A DNA stretch of 64,000 nt from Candidatus Ozemobacteraceae bacterium (GTDB lineage Bacteria > Muiribacteriota > Ozemobacteria > Ozemobacterales > Ozemobacteraceae): NCBI GenBank assembly GCA_965140445.1, contig OZ223236.1, positions 160,001-224,000 on the forward strand, given 5' to 3'. Both the position numbers and the translations under genes were made by a program. This document shows, piece by piece, positions 30,518 to 40,560 of this stretch. How positions within the stretch are numbered: position 1 is the first letter of the stretch; every line of letters starts with the position of its first letter. The notes beneath the pieces are model-generated. The model searched no databases. It was not told the origin of the DNA and saw nothing but the letters and a program-made list of their open reading frames with translations.

Positions 30518-33283
30518 ATGACCAGATGTCCAAAGTGTAATTCAAATAGTGTGTCAGGCAGATACTGCGGTAAATGCGGTGCTTCAACAGAAGCAGATAC
30601 ATCAAAAAAACAAGAGGCTCTATTAAATCAGCTTCCAGACTTGGACATAGAAGAAACCATCTCAGAACCGTCACAAACACAAAATCATTCGGCCTTAATA
30701 GAAGAGCTCGAAAACAAGCTAAAAAAAGACCCTGCAAACGTAAATAATTATCTGGAGTTAGGTAAAGCTCAGCTTGCCGCGGGAAAACTGCAACAGGCAT
30801 TTTCAACTTACAGGGCTTCGAAAGCTATTGCCCCGGAAGAGATTGAATTATACAGGCTGGGAGCGAAAATCCTGACCGCCCAAAACAAACGCGAAGAGGC
30901 TATTTCGGCCTATAAAAAAGTATTAAAAGCCAGACCTGATGATATGGAAGCTATACTGTGCTCTTCTGAACTGCTCTATGACACTGGGAAGAAATCCGAA
31001 GCACTATCCTATCTACAAAAATTGAAGGAAAATGCCACTTCTAATCCAGAAATACTTATCAAAATTGCACAAATTCATCTAAGTCTTGGCAACCCTTCTC
31101 AGGCACAGGAAGAATTATCCCAATACAGGAAGCTCGCTGGCAACAATAGAGAAATGTATCTTCTGATGGGTAAAACCATGTTAACCAGACAATTCTACGA
31201 TGGAGCGATAAAAAACTTCTCAGAAGCCATAAGATCCTTCCCAAAAGATCCTGAAATGCGACTGGGGCTTGGAAAGGCCTACCTTGGCATGAATGAAAAG
31301 GGAAAGGCCATACTGGAATTTGAACAAGCATTAAACATGAGTCCAAACAATCAGAATATCCTTCTGGAGCTAGGAAAGCTTCAAAGCAATATGGGAATGA
31401 CTGATCAGGCTGAAGCGACATTCCAGAAAATTGAAAAATCTCACAATCAAAATGGTGAAATATTTCTTGAGCTGGGAAAGCATTTTATTACATCTGCCAA
31501 CTTCCCAAAAGCTCGCTATTATCTTCAAAAAAGCATAGAGCTTAGCCCCTACAATCAAGAAATACTTGAAACCATGGGAAGTGTCTTAGAAAAGATGAAG
31601 CTCTTTAAAGAAGCATTAGAGCTTTACACTGAATCGGTTCAAAACAACAACAGACTCCCATGGGCCCACAGGGGAATAATAAGAACAGCTGAAAAGTGCA
31701 AAGATTTTGAAAGCGTTGCAATCTCTCTTGAGGCTCTTACAAAAATAGAGCAGCCAACCGCAGATACATGGTGTGACCTTGGCGAAGCACTAATTAAAAC
31801 AGGTGAGTTTGACAAATCGCAAAAAGCCTTTGAAGCTGCCGCAAAACTCGACCCCACAAACACGCGAGCATATCAAGCCCCTGAACTAATAAAAATAGAG
31901 AAGGCGCGAAGCGAAGGGCAAAAACTCGCGACACAAGGCAAAGAAGCAATGGAAAAGCGCTTTTTCTTAACTGCCTCAGAAAGGCTAAAAAAGGCGCTGG
32001 AGCTTGTTCCAAACGAACCAGAATGGCTCATGTTGCTAGCAGAAGTCTCATTAAAAACAGCCGAATTTGACCAAGCATCAAGACTTCTTTCAAAACTCAG
32101 GAGCCAGGATTCGGAAAATTTCTGGATAAACTTTAATCTTTCCAGAATTTACGAGATTGAGGGCAAAGCCCAGCTTGCTATCGAGCTGCTTTCAAATGCT
32201 TTAAAAGAAAATCCCCAGGAAATACAAGGGCACATAGAGCTCTTAAAACTTAAGAGAACTCAGATTCGTGGAACAAGAATTGAACCAGAAATGATAGATG
32301 CTCTGATAAAAAATCTACAATTTGAATTTGCACACTTAAGAAAAGAAAGTCCCTCACCACTAATTGTCGAAGCATACGCAAATTATATTTTTGGATATAG
32401 AAGCAAATCCCAGAACGAAAGACTTGCAAAAGCAGAAGCATTATTCAGAGAAGCCAGTGCCAGATTTGGAGAAAAAGCGGAAATTCTGAATGGACTTGCC
32501 TTGATTGAAAGAGCCAAAGGTAATACAGAACAAGCTATTAACTTGACCAAAGAATGGATCCGCGTTTCAACAAGACCTCAGCAACTCCACAAATTAGCCA
32601 GACTTCATGAAAACTTCCAGCAATATGGTGAAGCAAGAAAGTGTTATATTTCTCTAAAAAATCTCTTCCCTGAAGACGGATATTTTAGAAAAAAAGTAAT
32701 TGAAATGTCTTCGCATCTTTCCAGTATCGGAAGCAAGAATGAACTGGTAAACTCCCTCTCGGAGTGCCAGCAAAGCATACAAAACAAACCGGACCAAATG
32801 TGGGTATTATATGAGATGGCGTTAATACAGCAATATCTCGCAGAATCCTCAACCCAAAAAGAAGAATGGATAAAAAAATCGCTTCTTAACTGGAACAAAG
32901 CAATCAATCACCCAGATTCAAACCATTGGGTTAGATGGGGAATGATGGAATGTCAGCTTAAATACCAAAAGGATCATGATAAGAAAAGAGCGATAAATCA
33001 AAACCTTAAGGCCTGTGAAAAAATCCTCAGAGAAATGCCAGATTCCGCCCGGGCTAATTTTTATCTCGGAAAATGCTATCTTGCCTTTGATGACCTCGCT
33101 AACACACAAAAAGCTCTTGGACTTTTTGACAAAGCCAATTTCCTAGATCCCGAGCTAACCGAGCTCCATCTTGTACATGCCAAAGCTTGTAAAAATCTTG
33201 GAAAATCAGTTCTAGTAGACTCAATTGGTTATAACATGATACTATTAGAACCTGAACTAGCTCAAACCATCTTTCAGCTTTGA
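30518..33283 (+). CDS. Large TPR-repeat protein with N-terminal zinc ribbon
   Basis: CPKC...YCGKCG at the N-terminus and many TPR units. No signal peptide. Confidence 0.85.
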   Translation: MTRCPKCNSNSVSGRYCGKCGASTEADTSKKQEALLNQLPDLDIEETISEPSQTQNHSALIEELENKLKKDPANVNNYLELGKAQLAAGKLQQAFSTYRASKAIAPEEIELYRLGAKILTAQNKREEAISAYKKVLKARPDDMEAILCSSELLYDTGKKSEALSYLQKLKENATSNPEILIKIAQIHLSLGNPSQAQEELSQYRKLAGNNREMYLLMGKTMLTRQFYDGAIKNFSEAIRSFPKDPEMRLGLGKAYLGMNEKGKAILEFEQALNMSPNNQNILLELGKLQSNMGMTDQAEATFQKIEKSHNQNGEIFLELGKHFITSANFPKARYYLQKSIELSPYNQEILETMGSVLEKMKLFKEALELYTESVQNNNRLPWAHRGIIRTAEKCKDFESVAISLEALTKIEQPTADTWCDLGEALIKTGEFDKSQKAFEAAAKLDPTNTRAYQAPELIKIEKARSEGQKLATQGKEAMEKRFFLTASERLKKALELVPNEPEWLMLLAEVSLKTAEFDQASRLLSKLRSQDSENFWINFNLSRIYEIEGKAQLAIELLSNALKENPQEIQGHIELLKLKRTQIRGTRIEPEMIDALIKNLQFEFAHLRKESPSPLIVEAYANYIFGYRSKSQNERLAKAEALFREASARFGEKAEILNGLALIERAKGNTEQAINLTKEWIRVSTRPQQLHKLARLHENFQQYGEARKCYISLKNLFPEDGYFRKKVIEMSSHLSSIGSKNELVNSLSECQQSIQNKPDQMWVLYEMALIQQYLAESSTQKEEWIKKSLLNWNKAINHPDSNHWVRWGMMECQLKYQKDHDKKRAINQNLKACEKILREMPDSARANFYLGKCYLAFDDLANTQKALGLFDKANFLDPELTELHLVHAKACKNLGKSVLVDSIGYNMILLEPELAQTIFQL

Positions 33284-33308
33284 AAATAGCTGGAAAGAGT
33301 CACTAAAA

Positions 33309-33767
33309 TTGGAAAAAACAGTAGAACAACTAATAAACAGTATACCTGATGTAACAACTCAAATCAGCATGCAGGTTTACGGAAGTTCCGAGACTCTCGC
33401 CCTCATAAGGCGGGTGATAGTAGCCTGTGTACAACATTTAAATTTAAGTGCCACTTTATTAAATGACATTAAGCTAGCCACAACCGAAGCCTGCACAAAC
33501 GTTATAAAGCACGCTTATAAATTTGATGAGACACGTTCTTTTCTACTGGAAATAAAAACCAGTCCGGACAAGATTCTCATTTATGTGGCTTATGAAGATC
33601 CGGATTTCATCCCAGATGAGATTCCAGTTCCAAACTTAAAGGAAATTAAAGAGGGTGGCCTGGGTGTTTTTATAATAAAAAACATCATGGATGAAGTAAT
33701 CTATGAAACTCTTCCCACCACAGGAAAAGTTCAACTATGTATGGTGAAAGTCCTTACCAATAATTAG
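33309..33767 (+). CDS. RsbW/SpoIIAB-type anti-sigma factor Ser kinase
   Basis: Motifs LATTEACTNVIKHAY and EGGLGVFIIKNIMDEV. Confidence 0.9.
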   Translation: MEKTVEQLINSIPDVTTQISMQVYGSSETLALIRRVIVACVQHLNLSATLLNDIKLATTEACTNVIKHAYKFDETRSFLLEIKTSPDKILIYVAYEDPDFIPDEIPVPNLKEIKEGGLGVFIIKNIMDEVIYETLPTTGKVQLCMVKVLTNN

Positions 33768-33784
33768 GCGTATCGGAGGCCAAT

Positions 33785-34093
33785 GTGAAAATTGATTGTC
33801 AGATAGATGCCGGACAAAAGACAAAAGTCTTTAAAATTGAAGGTGAACTCGATGTTCATCACGTAAAAAATCTTAAAGCAGAAGTAATGGAAGCTTTAGA
33901 GGGCGAAGGCTGGACCTACGAGTTAGATATGGACCAGGTTGGCTATTTAGATAGCTCAGGACTTGGAATGCTCGTTTACCTGAAAAAAGAGATCATTAGA
34001 CACGAGGGTAAGTTGAAAATTAAAAACTTACATGAGCCAGTATTAAACGTGTTTAAGCTAACCAAACTGGACGATTTCTTTCAACTTTCTTGA
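33785..34093 (+). CDS. STAS-domain anti-sigma factor antagonist (RsbV/SpoIIAA type)
   Basis: Motifs GELD, YLDSSGLG (phospho-acceptor Ser) and VF.LTKLD. RBS GGAGG. Confidence 0.9.
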   Translation: MKIDCQIDAGQKTKVFKIEGELDVHHVKNLKAEVMEALEGEGWTYELDMDQVGYLDSSGLGMLVYLKKEIIRHEGKLKIKNLHEPVLNVFKLTKLDDFFQLS

Positions 34094-34113
34094 GGATAAA
34101 AAAATAACTGAAG

Positions 34114-34782
34114 ATGGATAAAAGCAGAGAAAGAAAGTCTAGCAGCGGCCTGTTCATAACCTTTGAAGGCCCTGAAGGAAGTGGGAAATCGACCCAGATA
34201 AAACTTCTTAAAGACTTTTGTGAAACAATTAGCAAAAAAGCAATTTCTACCAGAGAGCCGGGAGGAACGTCTTTTGGCGACAAAATTCGAAACCTCCTTC
34301 TGGACCACAGTGAAGGCGACCTGGAACCAGAAACTGAGTTATTCCTTATGCTTGCGCAAAGAAGTGAGCATCTAAGGAAAATCATAATTCCTGAAATAAA
34401 TGCTGGAAACATCGTATTGTGCGATAGGTATTTTGACTCAAGCATGGCTTATCAAGGCTATGGAAGAGGATTGCCTCCCGATTCAATTTACTCAGCTCAC
34501 AAGTCTTTTTTACCGGATTTTGAGCCAGACATTACGATTCTACTTTGCATAGCCCCAAAAGAAGGCTTAGAAAGAGCTCGCCATGGTGGCACCAAGAGCC
34601 TGGACAGGATGGAATCTGAAAATTTAAGCTTCCACAAGAGAGTTTTTGAGGGCTATAAGAAGCTTGCGGCTGACAATCCTTCAAGGTTCATAAGAATCGA
34701 TGTTGAAGGTAGTCCAGAAGAGATTTTTGAAAAAGTAAAAGATCAGCTAACTCAGCATCCGAGGTGGAAAGCCTGTGAATAA
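34114..34782 (+). CDS. tmk: Thymidylate kinase
   Basis: Motifs FITFEGPEGSGKSTQ, TREPGG and CDRY.DSS.AYQG.GRG. Confidence 0.95.
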   Translation: MDKSRERKSSSGLFITFEGPEGSGKSTQIKLLKDFCETISKKAISTREPGGTSFGDKIRNLLLDHSEGDLEPETELFLMLAQRSEHLRKIIIPEINAGNIVLCDRYFDSSMAYQGYGRGLPPDSIYSAHKSFLPDFEPDITILLCIAPKEGLERARHGGTKSLDRMESENLSFHKRVFEGYKKLAADNPSRFIRIDVEGSPEEIFEKVKDQLTQHPRWKACE

Positions 34783-36679
34783 ACTCAGGATGAATATAGC
34801 CATCAAGCTTGATCTGTTTTTGGCGATTCTTTGGATTGCAGTTTATTTTGCTGCCAAATTAATGAATCTGGCTATACATCCCGAACCTTTTATAGCTGCC
34901 GGTGTTGGAACTATTGTTTTCGTTCACCTAAGCCTTTCTCATAAAGTTTTAAAACCGCTCCAACGTTTTATTGAAATTGCAGATAACGTTGCTGATGGGG
35001 ATGTTTCCACAAGCCTTGAAGACCTGAGAATGAGCGATCTAGAAGAAGTCCAGGGCAGTTTCACCAAGATTGTAGGAAGTCTTATTGAGTCCAGAGTCGC
35101 AATTGAAGATTACATGCAGACTATCAGTGAGATAAATAAAGAATTAGAGAAAAAAGTAGACTCACTTTCCACACTTTATACTGCGAGTCAAACTATGGGC
35201 GGAAGCCTGAATGTTGATACTCTGGTGAGAAACCTTATCACAACTTTTTCAGATCGCCTTGGAATTTCCGGCGCAGCGGTGATGCTATATAGTGAAAAAA
35301 ATGACCTGGTAAGCGTAAAAGATCTTCTTGGAATTTCTCCAGAGCTATTTGCAAAATTCAGATTTTATTCAGACAACCAGATTCTGGCAAGAATATTTAG
35401 CGAAGAGGGTTTCTGGGAGCCTACTGATCAGGAACATAATCTTATGTTTGCTGAATTTGAAACCGACGTTGTTAGAAGTCTAAAGATCTTAATTCCAATG
35501 AGAATTAAAGATCATTTTGTTGGAGTAATTGTCCTTGCAGATAAGAAGGATGGCTCCAGATACGTTGACTCTGAAATTCAATTGATTCAAGCTTTGGTTG
35601 GTCTTGCAAGCACTTCAATCAATAACGCCATGCTTTTCGAACATTCTGAAACCACAAAGAATGAGTTGGACCATAAGGTATTCAATCTTATGACTCTTCA
35701 ACAATCGGGTAAGGTGCTAAGCTCAACACTTGATTTATCAGAACTTATTTCAATTTCTATTGATATGTTTCTTGAAACAGTTTGGGCTAATAAAGGCGTT
35801 TTAATGCTTCAATCTGATGACAAACCAGAGCTAGAGCTAAAAGCCCTAAAGGGAATTTCAAAAGAAGAAGTAATGGAACTTAGCAAAGATCCTGGCGAAA
35901 CCTGGGCAATGACAACTATTGAGAAAGAAAAAAAGCCGATCCTTTCTCAGGAACTGGCTTCAAAAAGTTCTTATCAAAGTTATTGCACAGTAAACAAGAC
36001 TTTGCCATTCGCTGTCTACCTGCCTTTGCTTAAAGAAGCAGAGCTTTATGGTGTGGTAAAAATCGGCCCAAAAATCAATGGCGAAGCATTTAATGAAAAT
36101 GATTTAGAGTTTTTTGCCACTCTTGGTTCGCAGGCTGTGATTGCATTTGAAAATGCAAGGCTTTATTCTTTGGCGATTACCGACTCAATCACAAGATTGT
36201 ATGTTCACAGATACTTTCAATTAAGGCTCGACGAAGAAGTTGCCAGAAGCAGAAGATACAATGCCACAATTTCCTTGTTGATGTGTGACATCGATCACTT
36301 TAAGAGCGTAAACGATAATTACGGACATCAGCAGGGCGATATGATTCTTAAAGAAATCAGCAAAATTTTAAGAAAGAATGTCAGGAACACTGACATCGCT
36401 GCCAGGTATGGTGGCGAAGAATTTGCGATTATTCTACCTGAGACAACCCAGGCCGACGCAAAAATCGTTGCAGAAAGAATAAGAAGAGACGTAAGTAAAT
36501 GCGACTTTCCATCAATTATTCCTGGACAGCCATCTTTAAAAAGCTCCATTTCGATTGGAGTTGCAGGCTTTCCTTTGAATGCTGACAACAAAGATCAACT
36601 AATTCAAAAAGCAGACTCAGCTCTTTATAAAGCTAAAGAACTGGGTAGAAACCGAGTTGTGCTTTGCGGAATTGACTAA
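34775..36679 (+). CDS. Membrane diguanylate cyclase (2TM-HAMP-GAF-GAF-GGDEF)
   Basis: DIDHFK.VND.YGH..GD, I-site RNTD and A-site RYGGEEF. Two GAF-like segments end in AI.NA.L patterns. Confidence 0.9.
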   Translation: MNKLRMNIAIKLDLFLAILWIAVYFAAKLMNLAIHPEPFIAAGVGTIVFVHLSLSHKVLKPLQRFIEIADNVADGDVSTSLEDLRMSDLEEVQGSFTKIVGSLIESRVAIEDYMQTISEINKELEKKVDSLSTLYTASQTMGGSLNVDTLVRNLITTFSDRLGISGAAVMLYSEKNDLVSVKDLLGISPELFAKFRFYSDNQILARIFSEEGFWEPTDQEHNLMFAEFETDVVRSLKILIPMRIKDHFVGVIVLADKKDGSRYVDSEIQLIQALVGLASTSINNAMLFEHSETTKNELDHKVFNLMTLQQSGKVLSSTLDLSELISISIDMFLETVWANKGVLMLQSDDKPELELKALKGISKEEVMELSKDPGETWAMTTIEKEKKPILSQELASKSSYQSYCTVNKTLPFAVYLPLLKEAELYGVVKIGPKINGEAFNENDLEFFATLGSQAVIAFENARLYSLAITDSITRLYVHRYFQLRLDEEVARSRRYNATISLLMCDIDHFKSVNDNYGHQQGDMILKEISKILRKNVRNTDIAARYGGEEFAIILPETTQADAKIVAERIRRDVSKCDFPSIIPGQPSLKSSISIGVAGFPLNADNKDQLIQKADSALYKAKELGRNRVVLCGID

Positions 36680-36682
36680 CCT

Positions 36683-37129
36683 ATGCCAGTAAAAATAGGA
36701 AAACCTTCCATCGACTTAAATCCTGGTTCACCTTCACAGGCCAATTCTGTTGATACAAAAAAATCAGAAGTTTTTTCATCTCAGCTAAAAGAAGTTCAAA
36801 AAAACCATATTGATCAAGATCTAAAGACTCTTATCAATGAAGTTAAAGAACTTGGGGAAAAGCTTTTAAGATCACCAGAAGAAAAGCTTCTTGGGAAATA
36901 CAAAACTTCAATAAAAAACTTTCTTGGGAAAATCTCAAAAGATTTCTTGTCTTTAAAAGAGGAGTTTGGAGCAAAGCACGAAGGTGAACAAAAAGTTTAC
37001 CAGCTTGTAAATCTGACAGAATCTGAGGTAGAATCAATTACGGCCGAAGCTTTTAATGATAAAAAAGCGGTCAACCTTCTGGCAAGTCTTGATGATATAC
37101 GAGGACTTGTATTGGACATAATTGGCTAA
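36683..37129 (+). CDS. yaaR: YaaR / DUF327 family protein
   Basis: Pattern F...L...G..L......L..YK..IK.FL and C-terminal LDDIRGLVLD. Lies near tmk as in Firmicutes. Confidence 0.75.
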   Translation: MPVKIGKPSIDLNPGSPSQANSVDTKKSEVFSSQLKEVQKNHIDQDLKTLINEVKELGEKLLRSPEEKLLGKYKTSIKNFLGKISKDFLSLKEEFGAKHEGEQKVYQLVNLTESEVESITAEAFNDKKAVNLLASLDDIRGLVLDIIG

Positions 37130-37131
37130 CC

Positions 37132-38007
37132 ATGAATAAAGAAATGCCTCTGCAAATAGTAATAATAACAGGTCTATCCGGAGCCGGAAAAAGCACGGCG
37201 ATCCACTTTTTTGAAGACTCTGGATTTTTCTGCATGGACAACGTTCCGCCTGCACTCTTGCCAAAGTTCGTGCAGATTTGTCGCGAATCCAATGGAAGTG
37301 TTTCAAAGATAGCGGTGGTTGCTGACGCAAGGGGCGGAAGCTTTTTTGAAAGCCTTTTTGATGCAATAGATTCAATAAAAAAGCTTGGAGCTCTAGTAAA
37401 GATTTTATATCTGGATGCATCCGAAGAAGTTTTAATCAGAAGATTTTCTGAAACAAGAAGAAAGCACCCCTTAAATAGAGGTGGAAGAATTCTTGATGAT
37501 ATTCAAAAAGAAAGAATGATGCTGGAAGATATAAAGTCAAAATCAGACTTTGTCATTAACACTTCCGCAATGAATGGCCGTGAACTCCAGGAAGCGATCA
37601 GAAAAGTTATAGAAGAAAACTCAATAATGCGAACCATGTCGGTAGTATTTCTTAGTTTTGGCTTTAAACATGGCGTCCCATTAGATTGCGACCTGGTATT
37701 TGACGTAAGATTCTTGCCAAATCCATATTATGTGAGCGAGCTAAAACATCTTAGCGGTTTAAATAGTGAAGTTTTTGATTATGTTATCGGCTCTGAAAAT
37801 GGTAAATCAGTGGCTATAAAGATGAAGGAATTTATTGAGTTTTTAATTCCAAAGTTTATTCTGGAACCTAAGACAAGACTTCAGATAGGCATAGGATGTA
37901 CTGGAGGAAGGCACCGATCAGTATCATTTGCTGAGTATTTATTTAAAGAAATTCAGCATGATAGAATTATTACTTCCAGAAAACATCGCGACCTTCAATT
38001 GTCCTAA
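37132..38007 (+). CDS. rapZ: RNase adapter RapZ (YvcJ)
   Basis: Motifs TGLSGAGKS, DN.PP.L, RRFSETRRKHPL, SFGFKHG.P...DLVFDVRFLPNP and GCTGGRHRSV. Confidence 0.95.
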   Translation: MNKEMPLQIVIITGLSGAGKSTAIHFFEDSGFFCMDNVPPALLPKFVQICRESNGSVSKIAVVADARGGSFFESLFDAIDSIKKLGALVKILYLDASEEVLIRRFSETRRKHPLNRGGRILDDIQKERMMLEDIKSKSDFVINTSAMNGRELQEAIRKVIEENSIMRTMSVVFLSFGFKHGVPLDCDLVFDVRFLPNPYYVSELKHLSGLNSEVFDYVIGSENGKSVAIKMKEFIEFLIPKFILEPKTRLQIGIGCTGGRHRSVSFAEYLFKEIQHDRIITSRKHRDLQLS

Positions 38008-38080
38008 TTTTTGTAAATTTCTCTAAATTGCTTGCCAATCGTTTCTTAAGTATTATATTCTGAGTGATTGGGGTACCGAA

Positions 38081-38956
38081 ATGGGAGAATTTTGCATAAA
38101 GAAATATCACTTTCTCATTGCTGCGCTTATTTTTTTTTGCGCAGGGGTTTCTTGTGCTCAGTCGGCTCCTGAATTGACTCTGAACTCAAAAAACAGCATC
38201 CCTCTACCTGAAAAAATTGAAGAATATAGACTTTCTCTTGGCAGCACAATGATCGGCCAAGACTCAATGATAGAGATGGATAAGTACAAAATAAAAAACA
38301 CAAAAGCCAAATTTGTTGAAACTCCCAACGCGAATTTTGATAGTTTCAAGCTAAAAAATGAAGTTCGATTTTCTACCGATCCCGAAAAAGCAAATAATAA
38401 AGTAGACAGTAATTCAGAAGAAGCTGACGAATACTCAACTCTCACTCTGACCACAGATTATCTGACCAATTCAATTGGATACGATGAAAAAGAATCTGGC
38501 TCCAGTCTTTCCATGAAAAAGAAAATCGGAAAATGGGCTGTATATGGCGAATTTGAAAGAAAAAAATTGATCCCCATACCTATTCCATCTCCAATATCCC
38601 AGCTGCAGCTGAAAACGCTCGCCAGTATAAGAGAGAATTCTTCAAATACCGACTCTAAACCCGGTGAATCCCAGGAAAAACCAAATCAATCTGATAAAAA
38701 CTCTGCACTTAGCTCCAGATACTATCTAGAAGCAGTTTATAACTTTTTACCCACGGTAAAAGGGAAGCTTTCGTATAAAAGATCTATGATTGACACTTAC
38801 GATTCTGAGGAAAAGCTTCAGGTTGAAGGGATTGTAGAAGCAAACAAGAACATGCTTATAAAAGCGGGTTACAACAATGAAACCCGCCCAGAAGTTAACG
38901 ACCCCAAAACCACCAAAGACACGAAAGTCTGGACAGAATTTATACTTAAGTTCTAG
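38081..38956 (+). CDS. Exported hypothetical protein, possible small outer-membrane beta-barrel
   Basis: Signal peptide, alternating-polarity strands and C-terminal VWTEFILKF. Confidence 0.6.
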   Translation: MGEFCIKKYHFLIAALIFFCAGVSCAQSAPELTLNSKNSIPLPEKIEEYRLSLGSTMIGQDSMIEMDKYKIKNTKAKFVETPNANFDSFKLKNEVRFSTDPEKANNKVDSNSEEADEYSTLTLTTDYLTNSIGYDEKESGSSLSMKKKIGKWAVYGEFERKKLIPIPIPSPISQLQLKTLASIRENSSNTDSKPGESQEKPNQSDKNSALSSRYYLEAVYNFLPTVKGKLSYKRSMIDTYDSEEKLQVEGIVEANKNMLIKAGYNNETRPEVNDPKTTKDTKVWTEFILKF

Positions 38957-38963
38957 TTATAAA

Positions 38964-39245
38964 ATGCAAATAACAGACATTAAAATCCAGATTATAAAAC
39001 AACCAAAAAGCAAATTAAGAGGTTTTGCGAGCGTAACCTTTGACGAATCTCTTATTATTAAAGATTTTCAAATTTTTGAGGGCAAAAGAGGTCTTTTTCT
39101 AGGAATGCCATCTCGCAAGATGCCAAATGGTGAATACCGAGAAATAGTTTTTTCTATCAGCACCAGCCTATCTGAACTCCTTTCAGAAACAGTTCTCCGG
39201 GCTTTTGAAGATGAGATTAACCGACCTGATAATCAATTTTGCTAA
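38964..39245 (+). CDS. spoVG: SpoVG family protein
   Basis: MQITDIKI...LRGFASVTFD...I.D..I.EG..GLF..MPSRK...GEYR.I; true start ATG 38964. Confidence 0.9.
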   Translation: MQITDIKIQIIKQPKSKLRGFASVTFDESLIIKDFQIFEGKRGLFLGMPSRKMPNGEYREIVFSISTSLSELLSETVLRAFEDEINRPDNQFC

Positions 39246-39262
39246 ATTGTTCGCTTCAATAC

Positions 39263-39291
39263 TTGAAAACCAATAACTTTTGTGGTATTTT
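39263..39291 (+). promoter_or_regulatory. sigma70 promoter for tRNA-Gln
   Basis: TTGAAA-17-TATTTT with an extended TG. Confidence 0.55.
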
Positions 39292-39315
39292 CTTTCGACA
39301 ATAATGAAATATTGT

Positions 39316-39387
39316 AGGGGTGTGGCCAAGTGGTAAGGCACCGGGTTTTGGTTCCGGCACTCGCAGGTTCGAATCCTGCCACCCCTG
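39316..39387 (+). tRNA. tRNA-Gln (anticodon TTG), CCA not encoded
   Basis: Acceptor stem AGGGGTG/CACCCCT, D-arm GCC-AAGTGGTAA-GGC, anticodon arm CCGGG-TTTTGGT-TCCGG and T-arm GCAGG-TTCGAAT-CCTGC. Confidence 0.97.
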
Positions 39388-39399
39388 ATTAAAAAAAGC

Positions 39400-39439
39400 A
39401 AGGCAAAAGGGAATAAAAGCCCTTTTGCCTTATTTTTTT
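39400..39439 (+). terminator. Terminator after the tRNA
   Basis: AAGGCAAAAGGG / CCCTTTTGCCTT stem plus T7. Confidence 0.85.
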
Positions 39440-39449
39440 GTATTTTTTG

Positions 39450-39478
39450 TTCACTTGAGGAAAATAGAGGTATATAAT
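39450..39478 (+). promoter_or_regulatory. sigma70 promoter of glmU-prs
   Basis: TTCACT-17-TATAAT. Confidence 0.65.
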
Positions 39479-39511
39479 CTACACTTGAGATTTAACGAGG
39501 AGCCATAGTAA

Positions 39512-40531
39512 ATGAAATCTAGCATCCACTCTTTAATATTGGCGGCAGGCAAAGGGACCAGAATGAAGTCCGAGCTCCCGAAGGTTGTACATCCCATTAT
39601 TGATCAACCAATGGTCCAATACGTTATCGATGCATTAAAAGACGTTGGAATAGAACAATCTACTCTTGTAGTTGGCTACAAGTCACAGCTTGTAAAAGAT
39701 TCTTTAAACGACAAAACCCTAAAATATGTAGAACAACCAGAACAACTCGGTACAGGTCATGCTGTTCAATGTTTTGCCAAATCAACAAATAAATCTCCAG
39801 ATGAATTACTGGTAGTATGCGGCGACACTCCCTTGATTTCACGCAAAACCCTGCTAGAAATGATTGAAGTTCATTCCACGCAAAAACCAGCAATAACAAT
39901 GATGACATTAGAGATGCAAAATCCAGGCAACTATGGTCGTATAGTAAGAAAAAACGGAGAAATTATAGCCATTCGAGAGGCTAAAGATTGCTCAGAAGAA
40001 GAGTTAAAGATAAAAGAAGTAAATCTTGCGGTTTATTTATTTAACGGTGAATTTCTTTTCTCGAATATTTTTAAACTTGAAAACAAAAATAAACAGAAAG
40101 AATTCTACTTAACTGATCTGGTAGAAATGGCAAGCATACAGGGCAAGAAAGTTATTTCCTGCAAGGAAGCTGATGAAAGCTCGACTTTGGGAATAAATAG
40201 CAGACAGCACCTTGCTCTGGTAACCAAATTACTCAAGGACCAGATTAATAATTTGCACATGGATCGAGGCGTAACAATTGTCGATCCTGAACAAACCCAC
40301 ATTGGTCCAAAAGTTGAGATTGGACCGGACACAACAATCTATCCAGGAACTATGATAACTGGAAACACCAAAATAGGAGAAAATTGCAAGATTGGTCCTC
40401 AATCACTTTTGATGGATTCTCAATTAGGCAATAATGTAAGCGCCGAATTTTGCAGAATCTCGTCCGCTGAAGTTTCATCCAACCGAACGATTGAAGCATT
40501 TACAGTTATTTCAGGGACAGAAGCTGGTTAA
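39512..40531 (+). CDS. glmU: UDP-GlcNAc pyrophosphorylase, GlmU-like, C-terminally short
   Basis: Motifs LAAGKGTRMKS..PKV.H, QLGTGHA, GD.PLI, YGRIVR and N.Q.EFYLTD. Only a few hexapeptide repeats; 339 aa. Confidence 0.85.
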   Translation: MKSSIHSLILAAGKGTRMKSELPKVVHPIIDQPMVQYVIDALKDVGIEQSTLVVGYKSQLVKDSLNDKTLKYVEQPEQLGTGHAVQCFAKSTNKSPDELLVVCGDTPLISRKTLLEMIEVHSTQKPAITMMTLEMQNPGNYGRIVRKNGEIIAIREAKDCSEEELKIKEVNLAVYLFNGEFLFSNIFKLENKNKQKEFYLTDLVEMASIQGKKVISCKEADESSTLGINSRQHLALVTKLLKDQINNLHMDRGVTIVDPEQTHIGPKVEIGPDTTIYPGTMITGNTKIGENCKIGPQSLLMDSQLGNNVSAEFCRISSAEVSSNRTIEAFTVISGTEAG

Positions 40532-40560
40532 ATCCAGTTTAGCAGTATAAGGGGAATAAA

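Noticed and set aside
39183..39401. 72-aa minus-strand ORF
   Set aside because: Antisense reading of tRNA-Gln.
39316..39440. tRNA as an integration site of a genomic island
   Set aside because: No integrase, no duplicated tRNA 3' end noticed, and the flanks are housekeeping genes.
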